Source: Chrysomallon squamiferum (taxonomy: Eukaryota > Animalia > Mollusca). From it: DNA of 64,000 bases. Shown here piece by piece: positions 17,120 to 30,850 of this stretch. The notes beneath the pieces were generated by a model. The model saw only the letters and a program-made list of their open reading frames with translations, had not been told where the DNA came from and made no database searches. Both the position numbers and the translations under genes were made by a program. How positions within the stretch are numbered: position 1 is the stretch's first letter; each line of letters begins with the position of its first letter. The stretch lies in contig CM022679.1 in NCBI GenBank assembly GCA_012295275.1, forward strand, positions 22,072,001-22,136,000, in the 5' to 3' direction.

Positions 17120-17353
17120 CTTAGTTCATTCATAAGACAAGCTGCATTGGTCGGATGAAACCTCGTAACGCATATGGTTTTGTGTTACGCCCGTTGGTGT
17201 TCCAGTCATAGCAGGGACAGGGGTTTAATAAGAACTCCGTTGTCAGCCGCCTCATAACCGTCTCAACCGTCGTTTCCCCAGCATTGTCTTCAGAATGTTC
17301 ACAGTTTAAGCCTCCAAGTAGCTGGATTACAGGAGCACGCCACAACTCCCAGC
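17120..17353 (-). ncRNA. 7SL/SRP-RNA-derived Pol III-type RNA, copy 2 (234 nt before the T-run)
   Basis: Same Alu-domain head, same upstream elements and T-run (A-run 17092-17119 on +) as copy 1. Differs by a short replacement in the 3' strand of helix 5 and a few substitutions. Confidence 0.72.
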
Positions 17354-17836
17354 GACAGCAAAGTGTCAATTTAATCTATTTATCTCGAGTAAAACATAAT
17401 CACAAAGCGTGACGTTGCGTTTTCTTTTGTTTTTTTTTAAATTTATTTTATTTCAATACTTTTTCATTTCCATTAATACGGAAAGAGAAAACAATAATAA
17501 AATTAAATAAAATTAATAATCGGTAAATCTCGCCAATCCGGTAAGTTTTAGGAGCTATTTTTAGATATGGAAAATCCGAATCACACGTGTACCACCAATA
17601 ATTATCTATCTAGATTAAAAACATAGTACTGATCAAAATTCACAGCGGGTACGCAAGTACTTCCAATATATACTGTTCAAAAATGTTTAGTATTTATATT
17701 CTTCTACTACTAATTCTTCTTTTTTTCTTTCCTTCTTCTTTTTCTTCCTTTATAGTTTATGCATTATAAAGATTTACGAAAGATACGCTCGGTGTTAAAA
17801 GCAAACAAACTGAACATTATTTATCAACTCGATTCT

Positions 17837-17992
17837 AAGGAAGGAAACCTTTTTTTTTTTATTTGAGACGCACTCATCACAGTTTTGATCTAAGATTTCG
17901 GCGACGACGTAGATTTAAACATCATACAGCTATTAAGAAAGAAAGCAAGCTCATTTTTGATTAGTTTCAAGATGTTTTTATTTATTTATTTA

Positions 17993-18044
<52 letters not shown>

Positions 18045-18175
18045 TTATTTATTTATTATTATTATTATTATTTTTTTTTTTTTTTTTTGTAGGTACCACG
18101 GACCTTAGTAAATCTATTTTGAGGCAATGGCTTGGAAATACCCAGTGGACACGCTGGGGTTAATTGATCCAACAA
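17837..18175. mobile_element. Degenerate SINE-like interspersed repeat remnant (truncated twin at about 15333-15630)
   Basis: aaggaaggaaa...gacgcactcatcaca...ttttgattagtttcaag...taccacggacctt...ggcaatggcttggaaatacccagtggacacgctggggttaattgatcc resembles, from memory only, the antisense strand of invertebrate SINEs with a conserved central domain. Not verified by search. Confidence 0.35.
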
Positions 18176-18419
18176 CAGCAAGCGTCTGTTTAAGGTCTGT
18201 TCACTGGCATGATAAGAAATACAATATTTCAGCAAGAATAAAGGTGCGAAAAAAATTTGATCGAAAAACAACGTAGAACAGAAGAGAATAAACGAAAGAC
18301 AAAAAGGAACGAAATAAATAAAAAGATAAGAATTCAAGAATACAGTTATTGTGTGCTTCACAACAACTACTCTGATTAGCACGTTACTTTTTTCAGTTCA
18401 GTTCAGTTCACGTATTCCA

Positions 18420-18547
18420 CGTTAGTCTCTTGGTCCGGGGAAGAAATTACACCGGCAGAATTGTAATGGCTGCAACCATTATTTTAATAACAATTTTTAT
18501 TGTTTAGCGATTGAAACCCGGACGAAAAGAAGCAAATTTTATTAAGT
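18420..18547 (+). promoter_or_regulatory. Possible ERCC1 promoter / non-coding first exon
   Basis: Local CpG/CCGG-enriched patch ending at a donor-like GTAAGA (18548). The first coding exon is preceded by an acceptor (TTCCAG, 19923) and an in-frame TAG, which implies an upstream UTR exon. Confidence 0.3.
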
Positions 18548-19466
18548 GTAAGATAACTTGATTTATTTCATGATCCTCAGATGTCATATTCGTGCAGCCG
18601 TCTTTATCATAGTTTATGCTACCTTATTGTTTATGTACTAGCACAAGTAGCAGTAATTTACTGAGTAAAACAAAATGATGAAAATCTCATCAGAATATTC
18701 ATTATATTTATAGTGAGTAAAACACCAGTAATTCACGAATTGCAAGCTTATCTGACGATAAATATAATAAAATTACTTGTGCGTTATTTTTTTTTTTACT
18801 GATTCGATTATAATTTAATTTAATTTATTTATTTATTTAAGCATAACGTTTGATCCCATCACTTGACTATAACACCATGGTAATATATAAATTATTTTTC
18901 TTTAACCTGAAGACATTTTAAAATGATAAAATTCAGAAGGTCTGAAACACCCTAATGTTATTTATTCAGTTTTATGATTTGTTTCAAATACATCTGCTAG
19001 CACATAATTCTTTGTGTAAAATTTTCAGGAAGACTCTGTAGTTAAAGTACATGTTACAGTATATTAATTACTATGAGAAATGATACACAACATCAGTAAC
19101 TATATACTTACAAATAAAATTATTATGTTTTTTTTTTTAATGATTTTGTCACCTAACATCCTTATTTGGTAAGCTAAATGAGTTTTTAATATAAATTTGT
19201 TATAATTTATTTTGCTGATCTTGTAAGCAATAAAATTTCAGTTTCATTTATATAACAGTAAAGACTTCATAGTAGAGTCTTAGATACAAAAGTGACTATT
19301 AAAAAGTGACTGTAAATCAGCTTCAAATGATCATACACATCTTAAAAATATTTTGGATGCCAAAAATAAAATAAAATAAAATAAAATAAAATAAAATAAT
19401 AATAAGTAACATTGGTTCTTAATTTGTTTGTTGGTTTTATTTTTTTTCTTGTTTTTTTTTTTTTTT

Positions 19467-19520
<54 letters not shown>

Positions 19521-19553
19521 CACTTTATTTTATTATTATTATTATTATTATTA

Positions 19554-19602
<49 letters not shown>

Positions 19603-19828
19603 TCATGCTGGGAGTTATTAGCTTGGAGCACAGCTGGTAACAGTATCATTCCTTCTTGCCTCCATATTTTACACTTCAGCACATTAATTTAACAAACTTC
19701 TTGGTATGTGCTGTCTTGTTCATGAGAAAGTGACTACAGCTGTATATAAGATGATACTTGAATCTGAATAATACGCTGCTGCACAGCTGGAGCAGTTATC
19801 ACTCTTTCTTTCTTTATCGTCCTCATAT

Positions 19829-19878
<50 letters not shown>

Positions 19879-19886
19879 TATTATTA

Positions 19887-19918
<32 letters not shown>

Positions 19919-19974
19919 TCCAGATTTTAAAATTCAGAATCCAAAATAAATTGATCAGGTAGTCTAATTTAATT

Positions 19975-20632
19975 ATGAATTCCAACACCGAAGAACCTGA
20001 TGTTGAAGACTCAAAACCAGAAACTGTGCAGGATAAAGAGTAAATATTATTTATTTTATTTTATTTTATTTTATTTTATTTTATTATTATTGTTATTATT
20101 ATTTTTAATTTTAATATTTTAATTAATTTTTTTTATTATTATTGTTTGTGTTACTGTTGTTGTCATGATCATGGTCATCACCATTACTACTGTTTTCATA
20201 TTAATAACAATTGCAGTATAATAATAATAACAATAATAATAATGATAATAATAATAATACAATAACAATAATAATAATAACTGTAATAATAATAACAATG
20301 ATAATACTAAAATCAACAACAGAAACAACAACATTAATAATAATAATTTTATATGTTTTCTAATAAAATACTAAAAATAGCAGTAATAGTGATAATTAAA
20401 TTGTCCAAGCTAAAATACTGTTCTAGTTTTGTAGTCTTTGTTATTTATTTTCGATACATTTGCATCACTATTTTTTAATAGCATCTGACACGTTATTTAA
20501 CTCATTGTGGTCATTTTATTACTTAAATATAGTTTTATTTTCATGTATTTATCAATTTCTATTATTAATATTACTATTATTTTTATTAGTAGTATTAGTA
20601 GGAGTAGTAGAATTAATATTATTGTAAGTTTA

Positions 20633-20697
<65 letters not shown>

Positions 20698-23065
20698 TTA
20701 ATTATTATGATTATTCATTTTTGCTATCAGTATAGTTGTTTCTGAAATTAGTGTAAGTGATTTTTGTATATATATAACTAAGAAATTTAACTGATTCAGT
20801 TAATCGTATTGTAACTGTAGTTATAGTAATGGGTTGTAGATTTTTGATCACAGTACTAACCTGAGGCTTGATCTCTTGCAGTCTCCTTTAGTACATCCAC
20901 TTTATTATCTTCTGCTTTGATCATTTATTCATTTGATGCTATTGTAATTACTCTTTCATTTGATATTGTAATTATTCATTCTTTGATATTGTTCTTGTTA
21001 TAATTATTCTTATTTTTCATCATTTATTCATTTGATGCTGTTGTAATTACTCTTTCATTTGATATTGTAATTATTCATTCTTTGATATTGTTCTATTTAT
21101 AATTATTCTTATTTTTCATCATTTATTCATTTGATGCTGTTGTAATTACTCTTTCATTTGATACTGTAATTATTCATTCTTTGGTAGCCTTCCTGTTGTA
21201 ATTATTCAATATCTCTCTTCATTTTTAGATCATTACCTACTCTGGCAAAACTTGGGCAAACTAACTCTATTGTTGTGAACCCTAGACAGGTTAGCACATA
21301 TATTTCTAGCCTTTTAATTGCATGTTTATATTTTCAGTTAAAATCAACAAAAAATAAATTCATGATATATGTGTAAAGAGCTAATATGATAGATTTTGTA
21401 TTTTAAAATTTAGCATATCTCCACAGAGTAAATAGGAACAATATTTTCACTGTTAAATTTGCAAACAATAGAGTTTTCATTGTAAAGTTTGGAACATCTT
21501 CATTTAATAGAAAAGTGAATTAATATTTTGGCTGTGAAATTTTTAAATGAGCGATTTTTCATTTTAAACTAAATATTATTTCTCATAATAAAATGTCGGA
21601 AATTTAAAAACTGCAATTAAAATTTAATATACCTAATTCAGTCTTTCAAAGTATTAATTTTAATTATTAACAAATAAACAATTAATTAAAAAAAAAACAT
21701 TTTTGATTGATTGATTTGATTTGATTTGATTTCTTACTATTTTTTAAAATTTAATTTAATTTTTTGATTCTATTTTATTTTATTAGAGAGGCAATCCAAT
21801 ACTGAAGTTTATTAGAAATGTTCCCTGGGAGTTTGGAAACATAGTTCCTGATTACGTGATGGGAAATGCAGTTTGTGCCTTGTTTCTGAGGTAAGAATTA
21901 CCTGACAGTGATAACACAATCTCGTTTCATCTTGTTCAGAACTTGAGTCAGCAGAATAGTAACAAATGGATGACACAACCTTTAGAGATGTAATATAACA
22001 ATTCATTTCTTAGTTTTGGGGGTTTTAGTTATTATTTTTTTTGTACATTATGTACGTTTGTGTGTTTCTGAAGATTTGCATATGTATTTAGGGTGTTTGT
22101 GCATTTGTGTGGGTATATGTATGTAAATGTATATCAGTGTGTCAGTTTGTGTGTGTTTGTGGGTATGTTTCTGTGTATTATTATTGCTAGTGTGTATTTT
22201 TTGCTTGTGCACATACATGCGCATATAACTTCATTATATTGCAAATGTTTATATTTTTTATTCAGAAAGTATGATAACCTAATTGTTTTAACTTCATTAT
22301 ATTGCAGATTTTTATATGTTGTATTCAGAAAATATGATAACATAATTGTTATAAACTTCATTCAGTTGAAATTTTCAATATGTTTGAAGTGAAGCTGTTT
22401 TTAAACTTTTATTCCAGTTTGCGGTACCATCAGCTAAATCCTGACTACATACACAACAGACTGAAATTGTTAGGGAAAAGTTTTGATGTCCGTGTACTTC
22501 TTGTTCTGGTGGATATAGTGAGTAAATCAACACTCATTTTATTTCTTTTTTTAAATTAATTTGATCAGAAGCTTTGGAACAATAGAGGCAGAGAATTTTT
22601 TTTTTTTTTAAATGATTCTAATTTATTTCTTTAATTTCAGAATATTTTTTAAGTCAAGTAATACATACACACATACATGTCTATATACAAAAACACATAT
22701 ATTAAAGGATACAGTTAAAATAGTTTTTTTTTTTTAAATGTTTTTGTCAGAAAGATCCACATCATCTGGTGAAGGAGCTTGCTAAGATTTGCATTTTGGC
22801 AGACTGTATTCTCATTTTAGCTTTCAGGTTTGTAATAACCGTGTAATTTTCATAAATACTATTTACTTCTATTTTCATTTATTCATTATTATATATATAT
22901 TTTATTTATTGATACATGATTTTGTATTTTATTTTTAACTTTTTTTTTTTTTACTTCTTTATATAAATTTTACTTTTCTTTCTAAATTTTATTTATTTAG
23001 TAAGATATGGACCTTTTTTTTATTTATTTATCAGTTTATTTTTTAATGTGTATATGTTTATTGAT

Positions 23066-23100
<35 letters not shown>

Positions 23101-23397
23101 GTAATTAAATACAACATTAATTAATTAATTAATTAAATTACATCACAAAGATATATATATATATATGTACATCCATATATAAGTATGTATGAAGGTATGT
23201 GCATATGCATTTAATTGAACAAATAAATAAATGTATGTATGTATGTATGTATGTATGTCTATAATGTGTGTATGTTTTGACATGTTGTTCAGTACAGAGG
23301 AAGCTGGTCGGTATCTGGAATCATACAAAGTTTATGAAAACAAACCACCTGAAGCTCTCATGGAGAAAACTGAAAATAACTTCATGGCAAAGGTAAG

Positions 23398-23436
<39 letters not shown>

Positions 23437-23870
23437 TGTGTCTTTGAATGGGAGAAGAAAGATGTCTATGGTGTGGGTCTTTTTTTAAATATGAAGAACA
23501 ACATGAGAATGTATTTAATGAAATAACTGAATGAATATTAGTTGATCATCAAAACAAAAGAAAAATTTAACTGCTAAGTTTTAACAGAATGCTAAAAAAA
23601 AGAGAGTAAATTTAATGATTCATTAGATACACAGCATATAACATGAACATAAAACTGTTACAAATAGAAAAAAACCCTACATCATGCAGACTTCAGTAGA
23701 TGTTAAATCAGTTGAGATAAAATACAGATATAGCTTAATTAGTGAAAAATAATTGTGTTCTTTCTCTTGGTGAAGTCATATTTGTTCTGTCAATGATTTG
23801 GTTCACATAGTAATATTGTTTTAGAGATTCATTATAAATTAGATTATTTACTAAAATAATAACACCTTCT

Positions 23871-23902
<32 letters not shown>

Positions 23903-25429
23903 AGCAAAATTATGAATAGTGAAATCTTAATTAAGGAATATATTTTTATATTGGCTGTACAACAGTGTTTTAGTTTCAAAAAAAAAAAAAAAAAAATTTG
24001 TTTATTAATTAATTTTTAATTACAGGTGACCGACTGTTTGACGACAGTGAAATCTGTAAACAAGACTGATTGTATGACTCTGCTTTCAGTGTTTGGGGTA
24101 TGTTGTAAACAAATATATATATATATATATATATTTTTTTTTTTTTGTTGAAATTCTTAATTAGAATTATTCCAGATTATCCCACAATATTATTAGCCAT
24201 TTTCATACATCATACTTAATGTTACAGTTACAGAATGTGCAGATAATGAAAGGGAAAACTTTTAAGATACTAGAAAGTGCACATCAAAACTTTTCATAAA
24301 ACACTGTGCACAAAAAGGAATATAGCTCACCAGTTAATCTAGTCACACAATAATAAACTGCTTGTCTGTGAGGCAGTCAGTCTTGAATGTATCCCCACTG
24401 GGTAATGCTTCCTTTGTTTCAATACAACAAGTGTTGGACAAATGTTTATTAATTTGTCAATTCATCTTGGATCCTCTCTTGGTTAAAACTGCAGTTGAAT
24501 GTTTAACTGCAGGGTTGAATGAATGATAGCTTAATGGAACATTTTTTTAAAACAAATTTTTGCTCTTTAACAGTATATGGTTCCACTCTGTGTCTTTCCA
24601 ATCGAAAATGATGTTTCTGATCTTTAAAGTCAGGTCCACATCACAAAGATAAGGCCTATACTACTTCTGCTGATTTTATTTCTAACAGGAGATATCTTTT
24701 GTTGATTTCATTTCTCTGAATTTTGTTTTATTATTGTTATTCAAATAAGAGATAACTTTTATTCTTAATATTTCTTTAAATTTTATTATATTATTATTGT
24801 TCTAATATGAGATATTTTTTTGTTATTTTTGTATTATTATTATTATATTCAACTAAGAGATCTTTTATTGATTTTATTTGATTTTATTTAATTTTTTCTA
24901 ATAAGAGATAAAATCTTTTCTACAGAGCATGGACAGTGTGATGCAAGCTACAAAGGAGGAGCTGTCTTTCTGTCCAGGATTTGGTCCACAAAAAGTAAAT
25001 AGTAATAAAAAAAATTTAATATTTTAATTACTTGATAGTTCATTAACTTCCAATTTTGTGTTAAATCTAATTTTGATGCTTAAGGACTGTGTTTCTTCTG
25101 TTCTAAATCTAAGGCTGAGTTGTGGCTATTCATGTTTATTTATTCACACTGTGATCCAGATATAGAGAATATTGAGGCTATTCCTGTTGATTTATTAACT
25201 GCAGGATACCTCTCAGTAGTACATTAATGTGTTTGCTGCAGATGTTGTTGTTTTTTTAATCTGTCACCGTAAGAGGATCTGGGTTTGACATCTAATTGTT
25301 AAATGTTGGTGTCAAAATGTGTTGAATTGTTGTTAATTTTGGTTTAAATATTTTCAGGCTTTACGTTTGCACAAAGTGCTAAATGAACCTTTTCTGAAGC
25401 AGAACAAATCCAAAGCTAATACAAGTTGA
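19975..25429 (+). CDS. ERCC1: DNA excision repair protein ERCC1 (9 coding exons, 239 aa)
   Basis: Exons 19975-20039, 21229-21289, 21787-21890, 22418-22517, 22751-22827, 23293-23392, 24026-24097, 24926-24994, 25358-25429 (720 nt, phases consistent). [35 protein letters not shown]...[15 protein letters not shown]...[11 protein letters not shown]...[11 protein letters not shown]...[20 protein letters not shown] matches the ERCC1 central and HhH2 domains. Confidence 0.96.
20921..21210. repeat. Tandem repeat, 99-bp period, about 3 copies, built from about 24-bp subunits (ERCC1 intron 1)
   Basis: catttattcatttgatgct recurs at 20922, 21021 and 21120. Confidence 0.85.
22227..22362. repeat. Short tandem duplication, about 63-bp period (ERCC1 intron 3)
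   Basis: aacttcattatattgca...ttcagaaa-tatgataac-taattgtt occurs twice, plus a partial third start. Confidence 0.7.
23521..23800 (+). repeat. Dispersed repeat of about 250-280 bp; second direct copy at about 27253-27500
   Basis: Shared colinear blocks aaataactgaat...tattagttgatca, tcattaga-ac, aacatgaaca, cagacttcagtagat-ttaaatc, tatttgttc--tcaatgattt. Confidence 0.75.
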
Positions 25430-25556
25430 CAGGTCAGTGTTTTTAGTCGTTTATCTTTTATATTTATTTATTTACTTTTTGTTTATTGTTTGTTATCGTA
25501 ACTTTAATTTTGTACTTCTTTATATGTTATTACTTGCTTATTATTATTATTTTATT

Positions 25557-25599
<43 letters not shown>

Positions 25600-26808
25600 T
25601 TATAAAGATATATTAAAATTTGATAATTTATATTATCAGTTTTTTTATTTCTTATAAAGATTTACCCATTACTAAAAAAAAAGAAAGAAATAATAATAAA
25701 ATAAAATATTCTGAGTTATTTCCCATGGATCAGACGACATTATACGTATGTGTTAATTTTCTACACAAAACATTTTTCCTTTTATCATTAGTGTAATCAA
25801 TTCTTTTATGTGGATTGAAAATAGTGTTTTCTAAAATTGTTGAGTATGTTGAAAATTCAGTTGTCTTGATAATTTTATATCCTTTCCAAAGCCACTCAGG
25901 ACATTTTGGTCTGTTTGTCAAAGGCTGTGATGTGTTATTTCCTGCCTCTCATACAATACACATTTAACTAAACTCTTGCTGTTGTCTGAAAAGAGTAACA
26001 CATGTGGTGGCAACATAGGATTTCTTATGATTGTAAAATATTTGTAATTCTTGTACCATTATACTAAAAGAATATATTTGACAAAAAAACGTAGCAGTTA
26101 TATTAAAAGGTTAAACATTTATTAATTCTTTGCTAGAAACACAGTGATGTTTTAAAAAATTATTCTTTGGTTCACAAGAATTAGGTTTTATTTTTATTTA
26201 TATATTTAAAAAAAAAAAAAAAAAAGATTTTTATTTTTTTTATTTTTTTTTTTCTCAGTGATGTGATTTGTTTAGACATTTATCCGAATTTAAAATGGCT
26301 GACAGGAACTTCTGAAAGCTGAAAAGAATAAGATTCTTTCAGAAAACAGTCAAGGGGAAATGGTTCAGCAGAGAAAGAGAGTCCATCAACAAATAAATAA
26401 AGAAAATATTTTATTTTCATATGTACATCACTCATTGGATAAAACTTTAAAAAAGTTAAAAATATGTTTCTTACATATTTTTATTTTTGTAATAAAATAT
26501 ATTTTTATTGGTAATATCATCAGTATATGTTTTTATTTTAATCTGAATCAGTTGTAGGTTCATATGCTTGGTGAGTCAGACAATGTATAAAGCGTTTGAA
26601 TTCTTGGCAGGGGAGATAACTCTTATAGCTGTATACCTTTCAGTTCCGTGAACTTGTTCTGTTGAAAATATTATTTTAAAACTTTCAAGTTTATTATTAA
26701 AATTTATACAGTGTTTTGGATTATGATAAGTAGTGGCAAACTAATGTTAATATGTAGATGGGAAATATATTGCTGCTAATGAAAAAGTCATCATTTAGTG
26801 GTAAAGCT

Positions 26809-26855
<47 letters not shown>

Positions 26856-26963
26856 TTATTATTATTATTTAGTTTTTACCTGTCTTCCTGACATGAATAC
26901 AAATACTTATCAGATTAAAAACTGAACATACAATTTGATGATTATAATTTTTGGAGCAATCAG

Positions 26964-27014
<51 letters not shown>

Positions 27015-27789
27015 ATTTAATTTAATTTTTAATTTTTAATTTTATTATTTGTTTTGCTTTTTATTTATTTTATTTACTTTTTTATTATTATTATTTTTTT
27101 TTAAAGTTTTATTACTGTTCATGTTGGTCAAATCAGTGGGGTATTGGTGTACTTTGTATAAGGCTGCCACTGGACATTAAGTGTATTATTTGATATCTGA
27201 TTTAATGATAAAAATGCATGATGTCAGTGTGAGTGTACTATGAATAAACAAGAAATAACTGAATATATATTAGTTGATCACCTTAACACAATGCTAAAAA
27301 AAGACTAGGAATAAAATTAAATATAATGGTTCATTAGACACGTAGCACATTAACATGAACAGAAAAGAAAAACAACATCAATACAGACTTCAGTAGATAT
27401 TAAATCGGTTCAGATATAACATAGATTTAGCTTAAGTTAGTAAAAAAATAATTTTGTTCTATTCATTGGTGGAGATGTATTTGTTCCATCAATGATTTAG
27501 CTAGGAATGTAAACATATTTGTCTTGTCTCGTTATGAAGTAAATATTTGTTTTGTCTCTTTATGAAATCAAATACATAGTTATAGTGTTATGTAAACAAA
27601 TATTTGTTCTGTAGTCACTGTAACACTTGAAGAAAAGAATAATCTGTTTAACCTTATTTATTCTTAGAGTCAAGGTAAAGATATGAAGTTATAGATATCT
27701 GAGAGAGAGAGAGATTGTTACTATTATTGTTAATCACTGATTTGTTGTGTTTAATATAACAAAAATACATATTAGTTGTAATAATAATA

Positions 27790-27827
<38 letters not shown>

Positions 27828-28425
27828 TAATATGACATAAGGCAGTCAGGTAATTATCGTTTCTAATTCAGAATTGTTAAAGTCAATGAAAAACAGTAAT
27901 ATTAATAACTAATAATGACGATGATGATGATAATGTAATAACAGCAATGACCATGATGATAATAACAGTAACAATAACAATAGCAGTGATGATTGTGATG
28001 ATGAAGATAATGTAATAGCATTAATAAAAAGCCAATAGTCTGAGCAATCATTTTATTGACAATATACTAATCAATATTTTCATAATTTAATTTTTGTTTT
28101 CAATTTTTTCAGCACAAAGTATCAATATACTGAAAATTCATCAATTTGTATGTATATTATATATATAACTATAAAGAGCTACATAAGTAAATAATGCAAA
28201 GAGTAATAATAAACATTGTAAGGCAATTGCTAGGTCAAATATTTTTTCACAGTATAAAATAATAATGCTGACCAATAACAGTAAATACTGGAATAGATTG
28301 GATTTTAAATCATCTATAAAAAAAATAATAAATAAATAAAAATTATTATATATATATATATATGTATAATTAAAAATAGAATGAAAAAATTTAAAATTAA
28401 ATAAATTAATTAATTAAAAAATAAT

Positions 28426-28456
<31 letters not shown>

Positions 28457-30054
28457 ATTGTAAAATATAATTAAACCAGGATTGATTTCAGATTTAAAGA
28501 GATCAATATGAAATTGGTCACATGCTTTTGTATCACAATTCAGTGTTTAAAATTTTTTTTTTAAAAATCTTTAAATAAATTTTTTCTGTTTTTCCAAAAT
28601 ATACAAACATTGTAGATGGTCTAATAACATAATAAAATAAAATCTTACATAATTCACTAGATCAACAAAATCTAAAATACTATTCAAGATGGTGAAAAAA
28701 CAACACCAAAACCCCCCCAAAACATGAACATTCAGGAGCTTAACCAGAAATGAAAAGAATCAACAAATAAATATGATAGGAAATTTGCTCTACAAATGAA
28801 TCTTAACAAAAGGCATTGAACTGGAATGTTAAAAAAGTTAGGACCGCCATATCATCACTTGGGAATTAAAGTGAAATGTCCACAAAAATATATTTATTAA
28901 GAAAAAAAAAAAGCAGAAGAAATGAAACATGTTGGTTATCTTTACTAATTGCTATTCCAGTCACAGTATTTTGAGTTTAAATAAAATCTCTGATGTATAT
29001 CTTCTCACTAATCTTGTATAATATCTGGCTGTTATCTACTTCTACCACAGTTAATATTTTTACCATTACAGCCTACCTTGGTACTGAAAAGCTTGAGCAA
29101 CATACAATAAGAAACAGAACATCAACACCAGAAAATTAGTTCTAGTTAAAATTTTCAATACCCACACTCAAAAAAATAAACTCCTTTTTTATTTCAAGTC
29201 AGCTTGATATTAAATCATGCAAAAATTCAACCCTCGTTTATTAAAAATTACGTTCACTGTTAATTGAATATGGAGCTTAAGAATGTGAAATTAAGTTCTT
29301 TAAAATTTGAAAAAAAAAAAAACTGCTTAAAATTTCATTCTGCTGAATTGAAAAATAAATGTAATTTTTTACAGATTTAAATCTTATATAATTTTTTATC
29401 ATTTCAGTTAACATTAAACATGCCTGTACTTGTTTACTGTCTTTAATAAGTATCATTCCTTGAGTAAAATTGAAGTCCAGAATAAAAATAGAACTCCATA
29501 AAATGATTTTATTTTATAATTCATTGATTTACGTTATTGACAATATCTGCTTTTTAATTTTTGATATTAACCTGAAAATTATGAATTTTTGAAAAACATT
29601 ATTTTATCACAGACATATTTGCATAGTATAAAATAATAATAATAATAATAATACCCTGGTAATAATTAAAACAGCAATACTAATGCAATGATGACAGTAA
29701 TGTTTAAGACACATTTTGTCTCCATAAACTTTCAAGTATGTATATAAATATGCTGACTGACTACTTACAAATAATATTATTACATTTTATATTTCAAAAA
29801 ATTAAATTGATTTTTGAAAAAAGTGACTAAGATTTGTTTTAGTAACACACTATCTTTAACAACTTTACCCATTCATTAAAATTAATTTTATTAGTTTCAT
29901 GTTTGTGTTACTTTAAAGGGTTGGTTAAAAATATCCATATATATAAGAAAACAATGGTAAAACATTAAAAACAAAGCTGGAAGCATTAACAAGAACAACA
30001 GCAAAACGACTGAAAACAAATTATTTTGACTAAAAGAACAGCTTGTCTATTTCA

Positions 30055-30088
<34 letters not shown>

Positions 30089-30539
30089 CAATTATTAGTA
30101 TATTTTATACCACTGAATTTAGCATTGCATAAATTATTACATATAACACAAGTATATTTTATGTTTTGCTATAAATTAGTGGTTTATTTGTATTTAATAT
30201 TTTCAACTCTTTTACCAATTATACTTTGATTGGTTTTAGCTTTGTGTAAAATTTTAGTTCAGTTATTTATTTTCCATGTTTTAATATTATTTGGTAATAA
30301 TAAATAAATAAATAAAAATTATTTTTGAAAAAAAAAAAAAAAAAAAATCAGCATTGCCATAAATAAATAAAATAATATTATTTATTTATTATTAATTTTT
30401 TTTAATTAATTAAATTTGCATAAAAGGTATTGCAAGATTTATGTGGATGGAATCTTTTACTAAATACCTACACATAAATATAAAAAATATTGCAATTATC
30501 TTTTAAAAGATGTATCTAAATATAAAAGAAAAAACAGAA

Positions 30540-30585
<46 letters not shown>

Positions 30586-30658
30586 AGGTGTTCAGTTTTA
30601 ATATATATTTATTTAAACTACAAAAACATAATAATAATTAATAATAATAATAATAGTA

Positions 30659-30714
<56 letters not shown>

Positions 30715-30783
30715 TATAATAATAATGATAACAATAACAATAAAGAATGTAAATAATAATAAGTTATAAAAATACTGTTGGTG

Positions 30784-30850
<67 letters not shown>

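Larger units (their letters stand above)
13134..18128 (+). repeat. Head-to-tail tandem duplication, units 13134-15630 and 15631-18128 (about 2.5 kb each)
   Basis: Both units start gttactaccgttcaatattattgc and end aggtaccacg-ac-tt--taaatctat-t-gaggcaat. They are near-identical throughout apart from microsatellite lengths, scattered SNPs and small indels. Confidence 0.95.

Noticed and set aside
27832-27895. 60-bp segment also found at about 55822-55883
   Set aside because: Short, diverged and flanked by (AAT)n; most likely a fragment of an ordinary dispersed repeat.
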